Assembly: GCA_965248445.1 (NCBI GenBank)
Contig: CBDFJG010000004.1
Location: 1,920,001 to 1,984,000 of the forward strand
Length of the DNA: 64,000 nt
Direction: 5' to 3'
Source: Planctomycetota bacterium
GTDB taxonomy: Bacteria > Planctomycetota > JAJSAM01 > JAJVHW01
Within the stretch, counting starts at the first letter, position 1, and the number at the start of each line of letters is the position of its first letter. The position numbers and the translations under genes are program-made. Of this stretch, positions 1 to 10,579 are shown piece after piece. The notes beneath the pieces are model-generated. The model searched no databases and was not told the DNA's origin. It was given only the letters and a program-made list of their open reading frames with translations.

Positions 1-96
1 TACCGCCGGTCGCGGTCGCCGCCGACCCAAACGGGAGCGATCTGCACACACCCGGTCGGAGACAAACCGGGGCCGTGCCGCTAGTCTCTCGCCGCG

Positions 97-924
97 ATGG
101 AACTCCTGGCCGAACTCACCTGGAACGCGGACCCCGAGATCTTCTCCATCGGGCCGGTCACGGTGCGCTGGTACGGGCTGATCTTCGGCCTGGGCTTCGT
201 CTTGGCCTACCTGCTGGCCCGGCGCATCTGGGGCGGCGAGGGCAAGAAGGTCGAGCACCTCGAAGACCTGCTCGTCCTTGTGGTCATCTTCACGATCGTC
301 GGTGCGCGTCTCGTGCACTGCTTCGTGTACGAGCCGGACCGCTACGCGAACGACCTGGGGTCTGTCCTTCGAGTCTGGGAGGGCGGCCTGGCCAGCCACG
401 GCGGCGTGCTCGGAATCGTGATCGCGATCGCGTGGCACTCGCTCAAGCACGCGGACCAGCCGTTCTGGTGGCTGCTCGACCGCGTCGCGGCCGTGGCCTG
501 CGTGCCGGCCGCCATGGTGCGCCTCGGCAACTTCGTCAACTCCGAGATCGTGGGCAAGCCGACCGACGTCGCGTGGGCGGTCACGTTCCCGCGCGCTCCG
601 CACGACTCCGTGCCGCGCCACCCGGCGCAACTGTATGAGGCGCTGCTCTACGGCGTCCTCGCGTTCGTGCTCTGGCGCCTCTACCGCAAGTTCGAGAAGC
701 AGGTTCCCCGTGGACTGTTGGTCGGCATCCTCCTCATCGGCGTGTTCGGCGGTCGCTTCCTGATCGAGTACCTGAAGGAACCGCAGGCGAGCTTCGATCC
801 GGCCGGCACGTTGACGATGGGGCAGTGGCTGTCGCTCCCCGCCGTCGTGATTGGGCTGTGGATGATCGCGACGTGCAAGAAGCGCGGACCGGCCGTCACG
901 GTCAGCGAGCCCGGCAGCAGCTAG
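97..924 (+). CDS. lgt: Prolipoprotein diacylglyceryl transferase
   Basis: Motifs RWYGL, GARLVH, WEGGLASHGG, RLGNFVNSEIVG and RHPAQLYE; multi-TM. Confidence 0.95.
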   Translation: MELLAELTWNADPEIFSIGPVTVRWYGLIFGLGFVLAYLLARRIWGGEGKKVEHLEDLLVLVVIFTIVGARLVHCFVYEPDRYANDLGSVLRVWEGGLASHGGVLGIVIAIAWHSLKHADQPFWWLLDRVAAVACVPAAMVRLGNFVNSEIVGKPTDVAWAVTFPRAPHDSVPRHPAQLYEALLYGVLAFVLWRLYRKFEKQVPRGLLVGILLIGVFGGRFLIEYLKEPQASFDPAGTLTMGQWLSLPAVVIGLWMIATCKKRGPAVTVSEPGSS

Positions 925-1271
925 AGCGTCAGATCGGCGAGCGCGACCAGTTCGTCGAACTCGAGTCCGACCACGCGCTTGGGCACCGATCCGTCATCAC
1001 TCGGAAGAGCTCCGACCGGCAGTACCCAGGTGACGCGCTCCGCGCGGTCGATGGTCGTGTCCACACCGGCCTGCTTGCAGTCGAACGCGATGTGCACGAA
1101 GTTCCCCGGCTCGACCTGCAGGTGCGTGTCCTGGGTGCTGAAGCGCGCGCCGCCCGCGCCGACGTCTTCGAGCCGGCCGTCGATCGTGAGGCCGACCAGC
1201 GTCAGACGCGCGGGCAGCGACACGGGATGCCGCTCGTGCGCTCGTCGCTCGCCGTGGGGGAGGGTTGTCAT
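921..1271 (-). CDS. Single-domain PilZ protein (c-di-GMP receptor)
   Basis: RxxxR (RRAHER) and DxGxGG (DVGAGGARF) motifs; C-terminal GLEF. Confidence 0.75.
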   Translation of the reverse strand: MTTLPHGERRAHERHPVSLPARLTLVGLTIDGRLEDVGAGGARFSTQDTHLQVEPGNFVHIAFDCKQAGVDTTIDRAERVTWVLPVGALPSDDGSVPKRVVGLEFDELVALADLTL

Positions 1272-1284
1272 GGCGACAGACTAG

Positions 1285-2953
1285 CCCGAATCGTTCACCA
1301 GCCGGGAATCTGAGCGGGCCGTCGTCTGTCTAAGTGCTCGTACTCGCTAGTACTTGCACCGACAGGAGCGCCGGCCCGATGACGACAGACTGTAGCCCGC
1401 AGGGGACCCTCTTCGCGGGCATCTGTGGACGCACCGCGGTGACGCGCTTCGACGCCGGTACCGTGACGAGCGACGGGGGCGTGCTGCTGCTCGAGCGGAC
1501 CGATCGTCGCATCGATCTGCTCTCGCGGTTTGCGCGCTGCTTCGGGGACCACCGGGACCCGCGTCGGGTCGAGCACACGGTCGGCCAGATGCTGCGTCAG
1601 CGGGTCTTCGGGCTGTGCGCGGGCTACGAGGATCTGGTGGACCACGACCATGTCGGCAAGGACCCGCTGTTTGCCGCGGCGTGCGGCAAGCGCGAGGGTG
1701 CTCTGGCCACGCACCCGACGCTCTCGCGGCTCGAGACCACGCAGCTCGGCGCCACGGCACAGACGCGCTACGCCAAGATCGAGATGGACCAGGAGCGCGT
1801 GGACAGCGTGCTCAGCGACGTCTTCTGCGAGGCCATGGGGCCGGAGGATCCGGGCCTGCTCGTGCTGGACCTGGACCACTCCGACGTGCGGCTGCACGGC
1901 CGGCAGGAGGGCCGCTTCTTCCACGGCTACTACGGGCACTACTGCTACCTGCCGCTGTACGTCTTCTGCGGCGAGCACCTCTTGCTCGCTCGGCTCCAGA
2001 CCGCTGACAGAGATCCCGCGCGCGGAGTCGTGGACGAGCTCCGTGCGCTGGTCTTACGTCTGCGGCGCCGCTGGCCCCGGGCCAAGGTGCTCGTGCGCGC
2101 AGACTCGGGCTTTTGCCGCGAGGAGCTGATGGCCTGGTGCGAGGCCGCCGGCCACTTCTACCTGCTGGGCATGGCGCGCAATGAGCGCCTTGAGCGACAC
2201 GTCGAAGACGCGCTCGATGAGGCCGCAGCCCGTGCCGTGCAGACCGGCCGAGCAGCCCGGGTCTTTCGCGACTTTGCCTGGACCACGCTGGGGAGCTGGA
2301 GCCAGAGGCGTCGCGTGGTCGCCAAGGCCGAGCACCTGCCGGGCGGCAAGCGCAATCCCCGCTTCGTGGTGACCAATCTGCCGCCTCGTAGCTGGAGCAG
2401 CAAGCGTCTCTACGAGCAGCTCTACTGCGCCCGGGGCGAGGCGGAGAATCGCATCAAGGAGCAGCAGCTCGAGCTCTTCGGCACCCGTCTGTCGGTGCAC
2501 ACGATGCAGGGCAACGCCGTGCGGATGGCCATGTCGGCCATGGCCTACGTCCTGACCTGTGCGCTGCGACGCATCGGTCTCGCCGGCACCGAGATGGCGC
2601 GTGCGCAAGCCGGCACGATCCGCCTGCGGCTGCTCAAGATCGGCGCGCTCGTGCGGATCACGACGCGCCGGATCTGGGTCTCGATGTCCTCGTCGTGGCC
2701 CTGGCAGCACGTCTTCGAGCGCTGCGCGCAACGACTGCTGGCATCCCCGAAGCCGACCTGACGTCCCGCCGCGCCGTCCGCCACACCACCGCCCGGCCTA
2801 CGGTCTGCCCACACCGCAGAATCCGCGCCGTTTCGGCCGCTCACTCGCGTTGCCCTTGTGGCAACGACGACAGCATCCGCCCTCGCCTGGCCAAGATCTG
2901 ACCCTGTGGACTCCGAAAGCACCGTCATCGCGACGTCTCGTGAACAGATGCGG
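1285..2953 (+). mobile_element. IS1380-family insertion sequence
   Basis: Imperfect terminal IRs CCCGAATCGTTCAC / rc CCGCATCTGTTCAC; flanks CTAG / CTAA; encloses an IS1380 transposase. Confidence 0.85.
1334..2761 (+). CDS. IS1380-family DDE transposase (ATG at 1379 is a possible start)
   Basis: TSDGG, GYEDLVDHD, LDLD, HGxQEG.FHGYY..YCYLPL, RADSGF and YCARGEAENRIKE motifs. Confidence 0.93.
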   Translation: MLVLASTCTDRSAGPMTTDCSPQGTLFAGICGRTAVTRFDAGTVTSDGGVLLLERTDRRIDLLSRFARCFGDHRDPRRVEHTVGQMLRQRVFGLCAGYEDLVDHDHVGKDPLFAAACGKREGALATHPTLSRLETTQLGATAQTRYAKIEMDQERVDSVLSDVFCEAMGPEDPGLLVLDLDHSDVRLHGRQEGRFFHGYYGHYCYLPLYVFCGEHLLLARLQTADRDPARGVVDELRALVLRLRRRWPRAKVLVRADSGFCREELMAWCEAAGHFYLLGMARNERLERHVEDALDEAAARAVQTGRAARVFRDFAWTTLGSWSQRRRVVAKAEHLPGGKRNPRFVVTNLPPRSWSSKRLYEQLYCARGEAENRIKEQQLELFGTRLSVHTMQGNAVRMAMSAMAYVLTCALRRIGLAGTEMARAQAGTIRLRLLKIGALVRITTRRIWVSMSSSWPWQHVFERCAQRLLASPKPT

Positions 2954-3096
2954 CTAAGTCATTGCGATAGAATTGTTTAAGGGATGGGCCCGGGATTCGG
3001 GTCGCGGGGGTCGCCACGCGGTGACCGTGAGGGGTCCGGGTCGATTCGGTCTACTCGCGCAAGCGGAGAGCGGAATCCACCATGTAGGGGGGGAGG

Positions 3097-4623
3097 GTGC
3101 AACCGTCTGTGGACACGATGGCGGGAGACGGCTTGCGCGTGACGGCTCAACTGGAGACAGCTGACCACGTCGTGGTGATCGGCGGAGGTCCCGCGGGGCT
3201 GACCGCTGCGTACCTCCTCGCCAAGGACGGCGTCGACGTGACCGTGCTCGAGGCCAGCGACATGGTCGGGGGCATCTCCCGGACCGAGGTCTACAAGGGC
3301 TACCGCTTCGACATCGGCGGGCACCGCTTCTTCACGAAGATCAAGCCCGTGCAGGACCTCTGGGAAGAGATCCTCGGCGATGAGTTCCTCGACGTCCCGC
3401 GGCTGTCGCGCATCTTCTACGACAGCAAGTTCTTCGACTACCCGCTGAAGGCGCGCAACGCGCTTGCCGGGCTGGGAATCGTGAACGCCGTCCGCATCAT
3501 GCTGAGCTACATCAAGGCGCAGGTGCGGCCCATCCAGCCCGAGGTCAACTTCGAGGAGTGGGTGACGAACCGGTTCGGGCGCCGGCTCTACGAGATCTTC
3601 TTCAAGACCTACACCGAGAAGGTGTGGGGCATGCCGTGCACGGAGATCCAGGCCGAGTGGGCGGCGCAGCGCATCCAGAACCTCTCGCTGGGACGCGCGA
3701 TCCTGAACGCGGCTTCGATGCAGAAGCGGTCGAAGAAGATCAAGAGCCTGATCGACAGCTTCCGCTACCCGCGCCTCGGACCCGGGCAGATGTGGGAGAT
3801 GTGCCGCGACCGTATCCGCGAGCGCGGCGGCCGCGTCCTGATGAACCACCGCGTCACGAAGATCGACGTAGAGGGTGGCAAGGTCGTCGGAGTTCGTGCC
3901 CTCACGCCCGAGGGGGAAGTGCAGATCCCGGCCGACCACCTGATCTCCAGCATGCCGGTGCGGCATCTGGTGCGGGCGATCGCACCACCGAACGCGGCGG
4001 AGATCCTGGCGGCAGGCGAGGGCCTCAGGTACCGCGACTTCCTGGTCGTCGCACTGATGCTCGACCAGGCCGATCTCTTCCCGGACAACTGGATCTACAT
4101 CCACTCGGCGCACGTGCAGGTCGGGCGCATCCAGAACTTCAACAACTGGAGCCAGGCGATGGTGCCCGAAGAGGGCAAGACCTGCATCGGGATGGAGTAC
4201 TTCTGTTTCAAGGGCGACGGGTTGTGGAGCACCCCGGACGAGGACCTGATCGCTCTTGCGACACGCGAGCTCGACGGACTCGGCCTCGCCGATGCCGCCA
4301 CGGTCTTTGACGGCCGCGTGATCCGAGTGCCCAAGGCGTATCCCGTCTACGACGCCGAGTACAAGGACCACCTCCTGAAGGCCCGCGAGTTCCTGGACCC
4401 GATCGCGAACCTGCATTGCGTCGGCCGCAACGGGATGCACAAGTACAACAACCAGGACCACTCGATGCTGACGGCCATGTTGTCGCTCGAGAACATGCGC
4501 GGAGCGCGGCACGACACGTGGGCCGTCAATACGGACTTCGAGTACCACGAGACCCAGAAGGTCGAGAGCACACCACCGCCGGTGCCGAGACGAGACACGG
4601 TGAAGCATCGTGAATCGTCATGA
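3097..4623 (+). CDS. FAD-dependent oxidoreductase (protoporphyrinogen oxidase/UDP-galactopyranose mutase-like family found in glycan clusters); start may be 3118
   Basis: GGGPAG Rossmann motif, FDIGGHRFF, AYPVY, GRNGMHKYNNQDHSM. Confidence 0.85.
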   Translation: MQPSVDTMAGDGLRVTAQLETADHVVVIGGGPAGLTAAYLLAKDGVDVTVLEASDMVGGISRTEVYKGYRFDIGGHRFFTKIKPVQDLWEEILGDEFLDVPRLSRIFYDSKFFDYPLKARNALAGLGIVNAVRIMLSYIKAQVRPIQPEVNFEEWVTNRFGRRLYEIFFKTYTEKVWGMPCTEIQAEWAAQRIQNLSLGRAILNAASMQKRSKKIKSLIDSFRYPRLGPGQMWEMCRDRIRERGGRVLMNHRVTKIDVEGGKVVGVRALTPEGEVQIPADHLISSMPVRHLVRAIAPPNAAEILAAGEGLRYRDFLVVALMLDQADLFPDNWIYIHSAHVQVGRIQNFNNWSQAMVPEEGKTCIGMEYFCFKGDGLWSTPDEDLIALATRELDGLGLADAATVFDGRVIRVPKAYPVYDAEYKDHLLKAREFLDPIANLHCVGRNGMHKYNNQDHSMLTAMLSLENMRGARHDTWAVNTDFEYHETQKVESTPPPVPRRDTVKHRESS

Positions 4624-5795
4624 AGATCGGGATCGACGGTACCAGCTGGTTCAACGGCCGGGGGTACGGCCGGTTCACGCGGGAGTTGCTCCCGGAGCTC
4701 GTGGACGCCGGGGAAGATCACGAGTTCGTCCTGTTCGTCGAGGCGATGAACGAGGGCAGGCTCGGCTGGGAGGCGCGCAACCTCGAGGTCCACGGTGTCC
4801 GGTGCAGCGCAGCGCCTACGGAGGCTGCTGCCGCCAGCGGATACCGCTCACCGCGCGACATGCTCCGCTTCACGTCGGCCGTGCGCCGGCGGCGTCCCGA
4901 CGTACTGTTCTTCTCGACCGTCTACACCTACTTCCCGGTGCCACGTGGAGCCCGCGCCGTGGTGACGGTCCACGACGCGATCACCGAGCGTTTCCCCGAA
5001 CTGACCCTGCCGACGAGGCGCGCTCGACTGTTCTGGCGGCTGAAGGTCTGGCTGGCGCTGCGGCAGAGCCGCATCGTGCTGACCGTCTCGGACTATGCGG
5101 CGTCGGAGATCACAAGCTGGCTGGGTGTGCCGAAGGAGCGCCTGCGCGTCACGTCGGAAGCCCCGGCGCGTGCGTACGTGTTCGACGTGTCGCCCGAGCA
5201 GCGCGCGGGGGCGCACGAGCTCGCCGGGCTGCCGTCGGGCACGCGCTGGTTCACATACGTGGGCGGTTTCAACCCGCACAAGCGCGTGGATGTGCTCATT
5301 CGCGCGCATGCGCGTCTCGTCGCCGGCATGGAGGACCCGCCGCACCTGTTGCTGGTCGGTTCGCTCGACCGCGACGTCTTCCACGGTTGTCAAGAGGAAC
5401 TCACCCGCCTGCCGGGGTCCCTGGGGACTCAGGATCTCGTGCACTGGACGGGCTTCGTCCCCGACGAGCGGCTGCGCGTGCTGCACGCCGTCGCCGTCGC
5501 CTGCGTTCTGCCGTCCGAGTCCGAGGGCTTCGGGTTGCCGGCCGTCGAGGCGGCGGCGTGCGGCGCGCCCGTCATCGCGACCACCGAGAGCCCGCTGACC
5601 GCTCTGCTGGAGGGAGGGGGCGTTTTCGTGCGCCCCGGCGACGAGGCGGAGCTGGCGGAGGCGATGCGCCGGCTGGCGACCGATGGGGCCCAGCAGCGGG
5701 CGCGCGGCCGCAGCGCAATGGAGAGCGCGCGCAGCTTGTCGTGGGCCGCGGCGGCGCGTCGCGCGCTCGACGCGATCGAGGAGGCAGCGGCGTGA
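4620..5795 (+). CDS. Glycosyltransferase family 4
   Basis: MKIGID start, VTVHD, PSESEGFGLPAVEAAACG; ATGA coupling with the upstream gene. Confidence 0.9.
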   Translation: MKIGIDGTSWFNGRGYGRFTRELLPELVDAGEDHEFVLFVEAMNEGRLGWEARNLEVHGVRCSAAPTEAAAASGYRSPRDMLRFTSAVRRRRPDVLFFSTVYTYFPVPRGARAVVTVHDAITERFPELTLPTRRARLFWRLKVWLALRQSRIVLTVSDYAASEITSWLGVPKERLRVTSEAPARAYVFDVSPEQRAGAHELAGLPSGTRWFTYVGGFNPHKRVDVLIRAHARLVAGMEDPPHLLLVGSLDRDVFHGCQEELTRLPGSLGTQDLVHWTGFVPDERLRVLHAVAVACVLPSESEGFGLPAVEAAACGAPVIATTESPLTALLEGGGVFVRPGDEAELAEAMRRLATDGAQQRARGRSAMESARSLSWAAAARRALDAIEEAAA

Positions 5796-7057
5796 GCGGT
5801 CTCCGCTTCTGCATGCTGACGACGTTCTATCCGCCGTACCACTTCGGCGGCGATGCGATGGGTGTGCAGCGGCTGTGCCACGGCCTCGTACGGCGCGGCC
5901 ACGACGTCACGGTCATCCACGACGTCGATGCGTTCATGGCGCTGCACGACGGACCCGAACCGGTCGAGAAGCCGGAGCCCGACGGGATGACGGTCCATCG
6001 GCTGCGCAGCGGTGCGGGGAGGCTCGCACCGTTCCTCACGCAGCAGACGGGCCGGCCGCTCTGGCACGGCCGGCGGATCGCAGAGATCCTCGCTGCCGGC
6101 GAATTCGACGTGATCAACTTCCACAACGTCTCGCTCGTCGGGGGACCGGGACTCCTGCGGTACGGCGACGCGATCAAGCTGTACATGGCGCACGAGCACT
6201 GGCTCGTGTGCCCGTCTCACGTCCTCTGGCGGCACGGACGCGAACTCTGCACTGGCCGCGAGTGCCTGCGGTGCGTGCTGAACCATCGCCGGCCGCCGCA
6301 GTACTGGCGGCACACCGGGCTGCTTCAGCGCGAGCTGCGGCACGTGGACACCTTCATCGCGATGAGCCGCTTCAGCGCCGAGAAGCACCGCGAGTTCGGG
6401 TTCCCCCGCGAGATGGAGGTCCTGCCCTACTTCCTGCCCGATGAGGATTTCCGCAGCGAGGGCCAGCCGGGCGGATCGCCGCACGACAGGCCGTACTTCC
6501 TGTTCGTGGGTCGGTTGGAGCTGATCAAGGGACTGGACGACGTCATCCCGCTCTTCCGGGACTATCCACACGCCGACCTTCTGGTGGCTGGCGACGGTAC
6601 GCACGCCGCGACCCTGCGAGAGCTCGCCGCGGATGTCCCGAACGTGCGCTTCCTGGGGCGTCTGCCTCCCACGGAGTTGCCGCGTCTCTACCGACACGCC
6701 GTAGCGCTGATCGTGCCGTCGGTGTGCTACGAGACGTTCGGCATCATCCTCATCGAGTCGTTCACGCACGGCACCCCGGTCATCGCCCGGCGCATCGGGC
6801 CGTTCCCGGAGATCGTCGAGGAGTCCGGCGGAGGTGAGCTGTTCGGCGACGGGGCGGAACTCCTCGCAGCGATGCACCGCATGCAGGACGACGAGGAGCA
6901 TCGCGCCTCACTCGCACGAGCCGGGTCTCGCGCCGCGTGGAGTACATGGTCGGAGAGCGCGGTCATCCCGCGGTACCTGGATCTCGTCCGCCAGGTGGCG
7001 GAGAGACGCGGACGGCACGGCACATTGGCGCGGCTGATGGAGGGAGTGGCGACATGA
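5792..7057 (+). CDS. Glycosyltransferase family 4
   Basis: GTG start overlapping the upstream stop; YPP..GG, FVGRL..KG, PSVCYETFGIILIES. Confidence 0.9.
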   Translation: MSGLRFCMLTTFYPPYHFGGDAMGVQRLCHGLVRRGHDVTVIHDVDAFMALHDGPEPVEKPEPDGMTVHRLRSGAGRLAPFLTQQTGRPLWHGRRIAEILAAGEFDVINFHNVSLVGGPGLLRYGDAIKLYMAHEHWLVCPSHVLWRHGRELCTGRECLRCVLNHRRPPQYWRHTGLLQRELRHVDTFIAMSRFSAEKHREFGFPREMEVLPYFLPDEDFRSEGQPGGSPHDRPYFLFVGRLELIKGLDDVIPLFRDYPHADLLVAGDGTHAATLRELAADVPNVRFLGRLPPTELPRLYRHAVALIVPSVCYETFGIILIESFTHGTPVIARRIGPFPEIVEESGGGELFGDGAELLAAMHRMQDDEEHRASLARAGSRAAWSTWSESAVIPRYLDLVRQVAERRGRHGTLARLMEGVAT

Positions 7058-8043
7058 AGGTCCTCATCACTGGAGGAGCCGGTTTCATCGGCTCGCACCT
7101 GGCGGATCACCTGCTGGCGTCCGATCTGCAGGTGCTCGTGCTGGACGACCTCTCGACGGGCAGCATGTCCAACATCGAGCACCTCATCGGCCGTCCCGGA
7201 TTCGACTATCGAATCGGGTCGGCGCTGGACAAGCCACTCGTGGCCGAACTCGTGGATCGCGCCGACTGCACCGTCCACCTTGCGGCGGCCGTCGGGGTGC
7301 GGCTCATCGTGGAGCGGCCGGTCTACACGATCCAGACCAACCTCGGCGCCACGGAGGTCGTGCTCGATGCGGCCGCGAAGAAGAAGAAGCTGGTCCTCGT
7401 CGCTTCGACATCAGAGGTCTACGGGAAGAGCGAGAAGGTGCCGTTCACCGAGGAGGACGACCTGAGTCTCGGGCCCACCACGCGGTCACGTTGGGCGTAC
7501 GCATGCTCGAAGGCGCTGGACGAGTGGCTGGCCATGGCGTACCTGACCGAAAAACACGTGCCGGTGATCGTCGCTCGGCTGTTCAACACCGTTGGTCCGC
7601 GCCAGGTCGGTCGCTATGGCATGGTGCTGCCGAACTTCGCGCGCCAGGCACTGCGCGGGGAGCCGATCACGGTCTACGGAGACGGGACGCAGCGTCGCTG
7701 CTTCGGCCACGTGACCGACTCGGTCGTGGCGCTCACGCGCCTGCTGCGCGCCCCCGCGGCGGTCGGCGAGGTGTGCAACATCGGCTCGACGGAGGAGATC
7801 TCCATCGCTGCGCTGGCCGATCTCGTTCGCACGCGTGCGCACAGCAAGTCGGAAGTCCAGATGATCCCCTACGCCAAGGCCTACGGCAAGGGCTTCGAAG
7901 ACATGCCGCGTCGCGTGCCCGACGTCAGCAAGATGGATAGGCTGATCGGATACCAGTACCAGCACTCGCTGGAGAAAATCGTCGACGATGTGCTCGAGGA
8001 CCAGCGGGGCAGACTCACGCCGGGGGAATTGGAGGTCGCGTGA
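7054..8043 (+). CDS. NAD-dependent nucleotide-sugar epimerase/dehydratase
   Basis: MKVLITGGAGFIGSHL, STSEVYG, YACSK, RLFNTVGPRQ. Confidence 0.92.
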   Translation: MKVLITGGAGFIGSHLADHLLASDLQVLVLDDLSTGSMSNIEHLIGRPGFDYRIGSALDKPLVAELVDRADCTVHLAAAVGVRLIVERPVYTIQTNLGATEVVLDAAAKKKKLVLVASTSEVYGKSEKVPFTEEDDLSLGPTTRSRWAYACSKALDEWLAMAYLTEKHVPVIVARLFNTVGPRQVGRYGMVLPNFARQALRGEPITVYGDGTQRRCFGHVTDSVVALTRLLRAPAAVGEVCNIGSTEEISIAALADLVRTRAHSKSEVQMIPYAKAYGKGFEDMPRRVPDVSKMDRLIGYQYQHSLEKIVDDVLEDQRGRLTPGELEVA

Positions 8044-8074
8044 CCGCCGTCGGGCGGTCGTGGAACCAGATCAG

Positions 8075-8833
8075 ATGCGCGCGATATTGACCTACCACTC
8101 CGTCGATGACTCGGATTCGGTCATCTCGATCAGCGAACGCGAGTTCGCCGATCACGTGCGTTTCCTGTCGTCCGGCCGCGTGCGAGTCATGCCGCTCAGC
8201 GAACTGCTCGAGTCCCCCGACACGGCGGACGCCGTCGCGCTGACCTTCGACGACGGCTTCGCCAACTTCGCGACCGCTGCCTGGCCACTGCTGCGCGACG
8301 CCGGTCTGCCGGCGACGGTGTACGTCGTGAGCGAGCACGTGGGCGGGACGAACCTCTGGGGCGGGCGGCCGGAACCCGGCATTCCCCGATTGTCCCTGAT
8401 GGACTGGGACGCTCTGGCCAGGCTGGCAGAAGAAGGACTCGAGCTCGGCGGACACGGCGGGAGCCACTGCTCTCTCGAGGGACTCGCCGCCGCCGCCCTG
8501 CGCGCGGAGGTCGAGGCCGCGACGCAGCGAATCCGGGAGGAGACGGGACAGGAGGCTTGGTCGTTCGCGTACCCGTACGGCGACCACGACGACGCCGCGG
8601 CGTCCGCCGTTGGGCAGCACTACGGCGCGGCGTGCACCACGCGGCTCGCAACGCTGTCGGGACGCCCCGATCCACTCCGGCTGCCACGGCTCGACGCCTT
8701 CTACCTCCGCCGCCCGGGCGCGCTCGACCGCTACGGCACACCGGCGTTCGCGCGGTTCGTGCGCCGGCGTGCCATGCTGCGCCAGATCCGCGGGCACGCG
8801 GTCCGAATGCTGTCTCTGGGGAGGGAATCGTGA
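8075..8833 (+). CDS. Polysaccharide deacetylase (CE4/NodB)
   Basis: ILTYH, LTFDDGF, GGHGGSH, FAYPYG. Confidence 0.88.
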   Translation: MRAILTYHSVDDSDSVISISEREFADHVRFLSSGRVRVMPLSELLESPDTADAVALTFDDGFANFATAAWPLLRDAGLPATVYVVSEHVGGTNLWGGRPEPGIPRLSLMDWDALARLAEEGLELGGHGGSHCSLEGLAAAALRAEVEAATQRIREETGQEAWSFAYPYGDHDDAAASAVGQHYGAACTTRLATLSGRPDPLRLPRLDAFYLRRPGALDRYGTPAFARFVRRRAMLRQIRGHAVRMLSLGRES

Positions 8834-8909
8834 AGTCGCGACGGCCGCCGACGCGCGTCGGGTGGCAGAGAGTGAGTGCTACGATGGATTCGTCCCGTAG
8901 GGAGCGCCC

Positions 8910-9302
8910 GTGATGCCACTACCCGACGCAGCCCGAGTTGTGGATCAACTCCCCGCGCCGCTGCGGCCGACGGTGGCGCCGCTCGTGAAGACCGCGATGG
9001 GATTGGCCGTCGGTACGGTCTGTGGCGTGCTGCTCCTCGTGCTCGCGCTCTTCCATGCGGCGGTTGGTCCAGAGCGCGCGAAAGACCTGTGGGTCTGGCT
9101 GCTGGGGAACAACCTGTTTCACGGGTACACTCCGACCCCGCTGGGCGCGACAGTCGGCTTCGCGTGGGGTGTCGGCGCGGGGTTCGTGCTCGGCTTTGTG
9201 CTCGCGGCGGGCCGTAACGCGATCATCGCGCTCTGGATACTCTGGGTGGGCGCGCGAGAGCGACTGCGCGCGGACCGCGGCGTGCTCGACGATTTGATGT
9301 GA
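8910..9302 (+). CDS. Small membrane protein, paralog of 10580-10885
   Basis: Hydrophobic helices; shares an LL..(L/Y)F.GY.....G..(V/I)GFA pattern with the downstream gene. Confidence 0.7.
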   Translation: MMPLPDAARVVDQLPAPLRPTVAPLVKTAMGLAVGTVCGVLLLVLALFHAAVGPERAKDLWVWLLGNNLFHGYTPTPLGATVGFAWGVGAGFVLGFVLAAGRNAIIALWILWVGARERLRADRGVLDDLM

Positions 9303-9336
9303 GTGGAGTTCCCCCGGTTCGGTGGACACCCGGGGA

Positions 9337-10201
9337 CTATGATACGGCGGCCTCCGGCCGTCGCCGCCTCTCGAACTCGATGGGCGACAGGTCCTCGATG
9401 GAGGAGTGTCGCCGCTGCGGATTGTAGAAGCCCTCGATGAAGTCGAACACCGCCAACCGCGCTGCGGACTGCGGACTTGGTCGAAAAGCTGGTGCGGTCG
9501 ATCAACTCGGTCTCGAGCGTGGCGAAGAAGCTCTCGCACATGGCGTTGTCGTAGGCGTCTCCGACCGATCCCATGGACGGCCTGACGCCCGCTTCTCTGC
9601 AGCGCCGCCCGAAGGCGAGCGACGTGTACTGGCAGCCCTGGTCGGAGTGGTGGACGACTCCGAGGGGCTGGCGCTGGCGCACGGCCATCTCGAGTGCGTC
9701 CAGCACGATCTTGGTGTGGAGCGTCGTGGCCATGGACCAGCCGACGATCCGGCGGCTCCAGACGTCGAGGACGACCGCCAGGTACAGGAACCCCGTCCAG
9801 GTCGGCACGTACGTGATGTCGGCCACCCAGAGCTGATCGGGTGCGTCGGCCGTGAAGTCGCGATCGACCAGGTCGGCGGCCGGCGCCTGACGCTGCGAGC
9901 GCTTCGTGGTCTTGGCTCTCTTGCGGCGGCTCACGCCCTCGATCCCAGCCTGGCGCATGAGGCGCTCGACGCGCTTCCTACCGATGTGGAGGCCCTCGTA
10001 GCGCAGCTCGGCATGGATGCGCGGTGATCCGTACGTCTGGCGAGAGCGCTCGTGGATCTCGCGGACGCGCTCGGTCAGGGCAGCGTCCTCGCGATCTCTC
10101 TTCGAGGGCGCACGGCCGCGCGATGCGTAGTACCCGCTCCTCGAGACGCCGAGGACCCGACACATGGTGGCCACGTCGTGCTCTGCCTGGTGATCGCTCA
10201 C
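9337..10201 (-). pseudogene. IS3 OrfB integrase core, frameshifted near the C-terminus by a 7-bp duplication
   Basis: WVADITY, HHSDQG, DNAMCESFF; removing one CTGCGGA (9462-9475) restores AVFDFIEGFYNPQRRHSS. Confidence 0.88.
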
Positions 10202-10512
10202 GAACCCGAACCCTTCTCTGGGATCGAGCGCGTCTCCCGAGCGAACCAGGCCGCGGCTTTTTTCAAGATGTCGCGCTCCTCGCGCAGCCGGCGCACATCT
10301 CGTCTGAGCTTGCGCAGCTCATCGCGCTCCGCGGTGGTCAAGCCGTCGTCACGCTCTCCGGCGTCCAGCGCGGCCTGCTTGATCCACTTGCGGATCGTCA
10401 TCTCCGTCGGCTCGAACTCGCGGCACAGGCTCATCACGCTCCGGCCGGCGCGGTGCAACTCGACGATCTGGCGCTTGTACTCCTCGTCGTACGGTGGTCT
10501 CGATCTGGGCAT
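10198..10512 (-). CDS. IS3 OrfA (HTH)
   Basis: YDEEYKRQIV...LREERDILKKAAAWF; A6G -1 frameshift site (TTGAAAAAAGCC) near 10257-10265. Confidence 0.9.
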   Translation of the reverse strand: MPRSRPPYDEEYKRQIVELHRAGRSVMSLCREFEPTEMTIRKWIKQAALDAGERDDGLTTAERDELRKLRRDVRRLREERDILKKAAAWFARETRSIPEKGSGS

Positions 10513-10579
10513 CTGGACATCCTCCCAACCTCAGTGGTCGGGTGTCCACCGAACCGGGGGAACTCCAGAGGGAGAGCGG

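Larger units (their letters stand above)
9304..10567 (-). mobile_element. IS3-family insertion sequence
   Basis: Perfect 29-bp IRs TGGAGTTCCCCCGGTTCGGTGGACACCCG; 3-bp target duplication GAG (9301-9303 / 10568-10570). Confidence 0.95.

Noticed and set aside
4610..7057. 815-aa glycosyltransferase
   Set aside because: The N-terminal half is an off-frame shadow of the 4620-5795 gene; the real start is GTG 5792.
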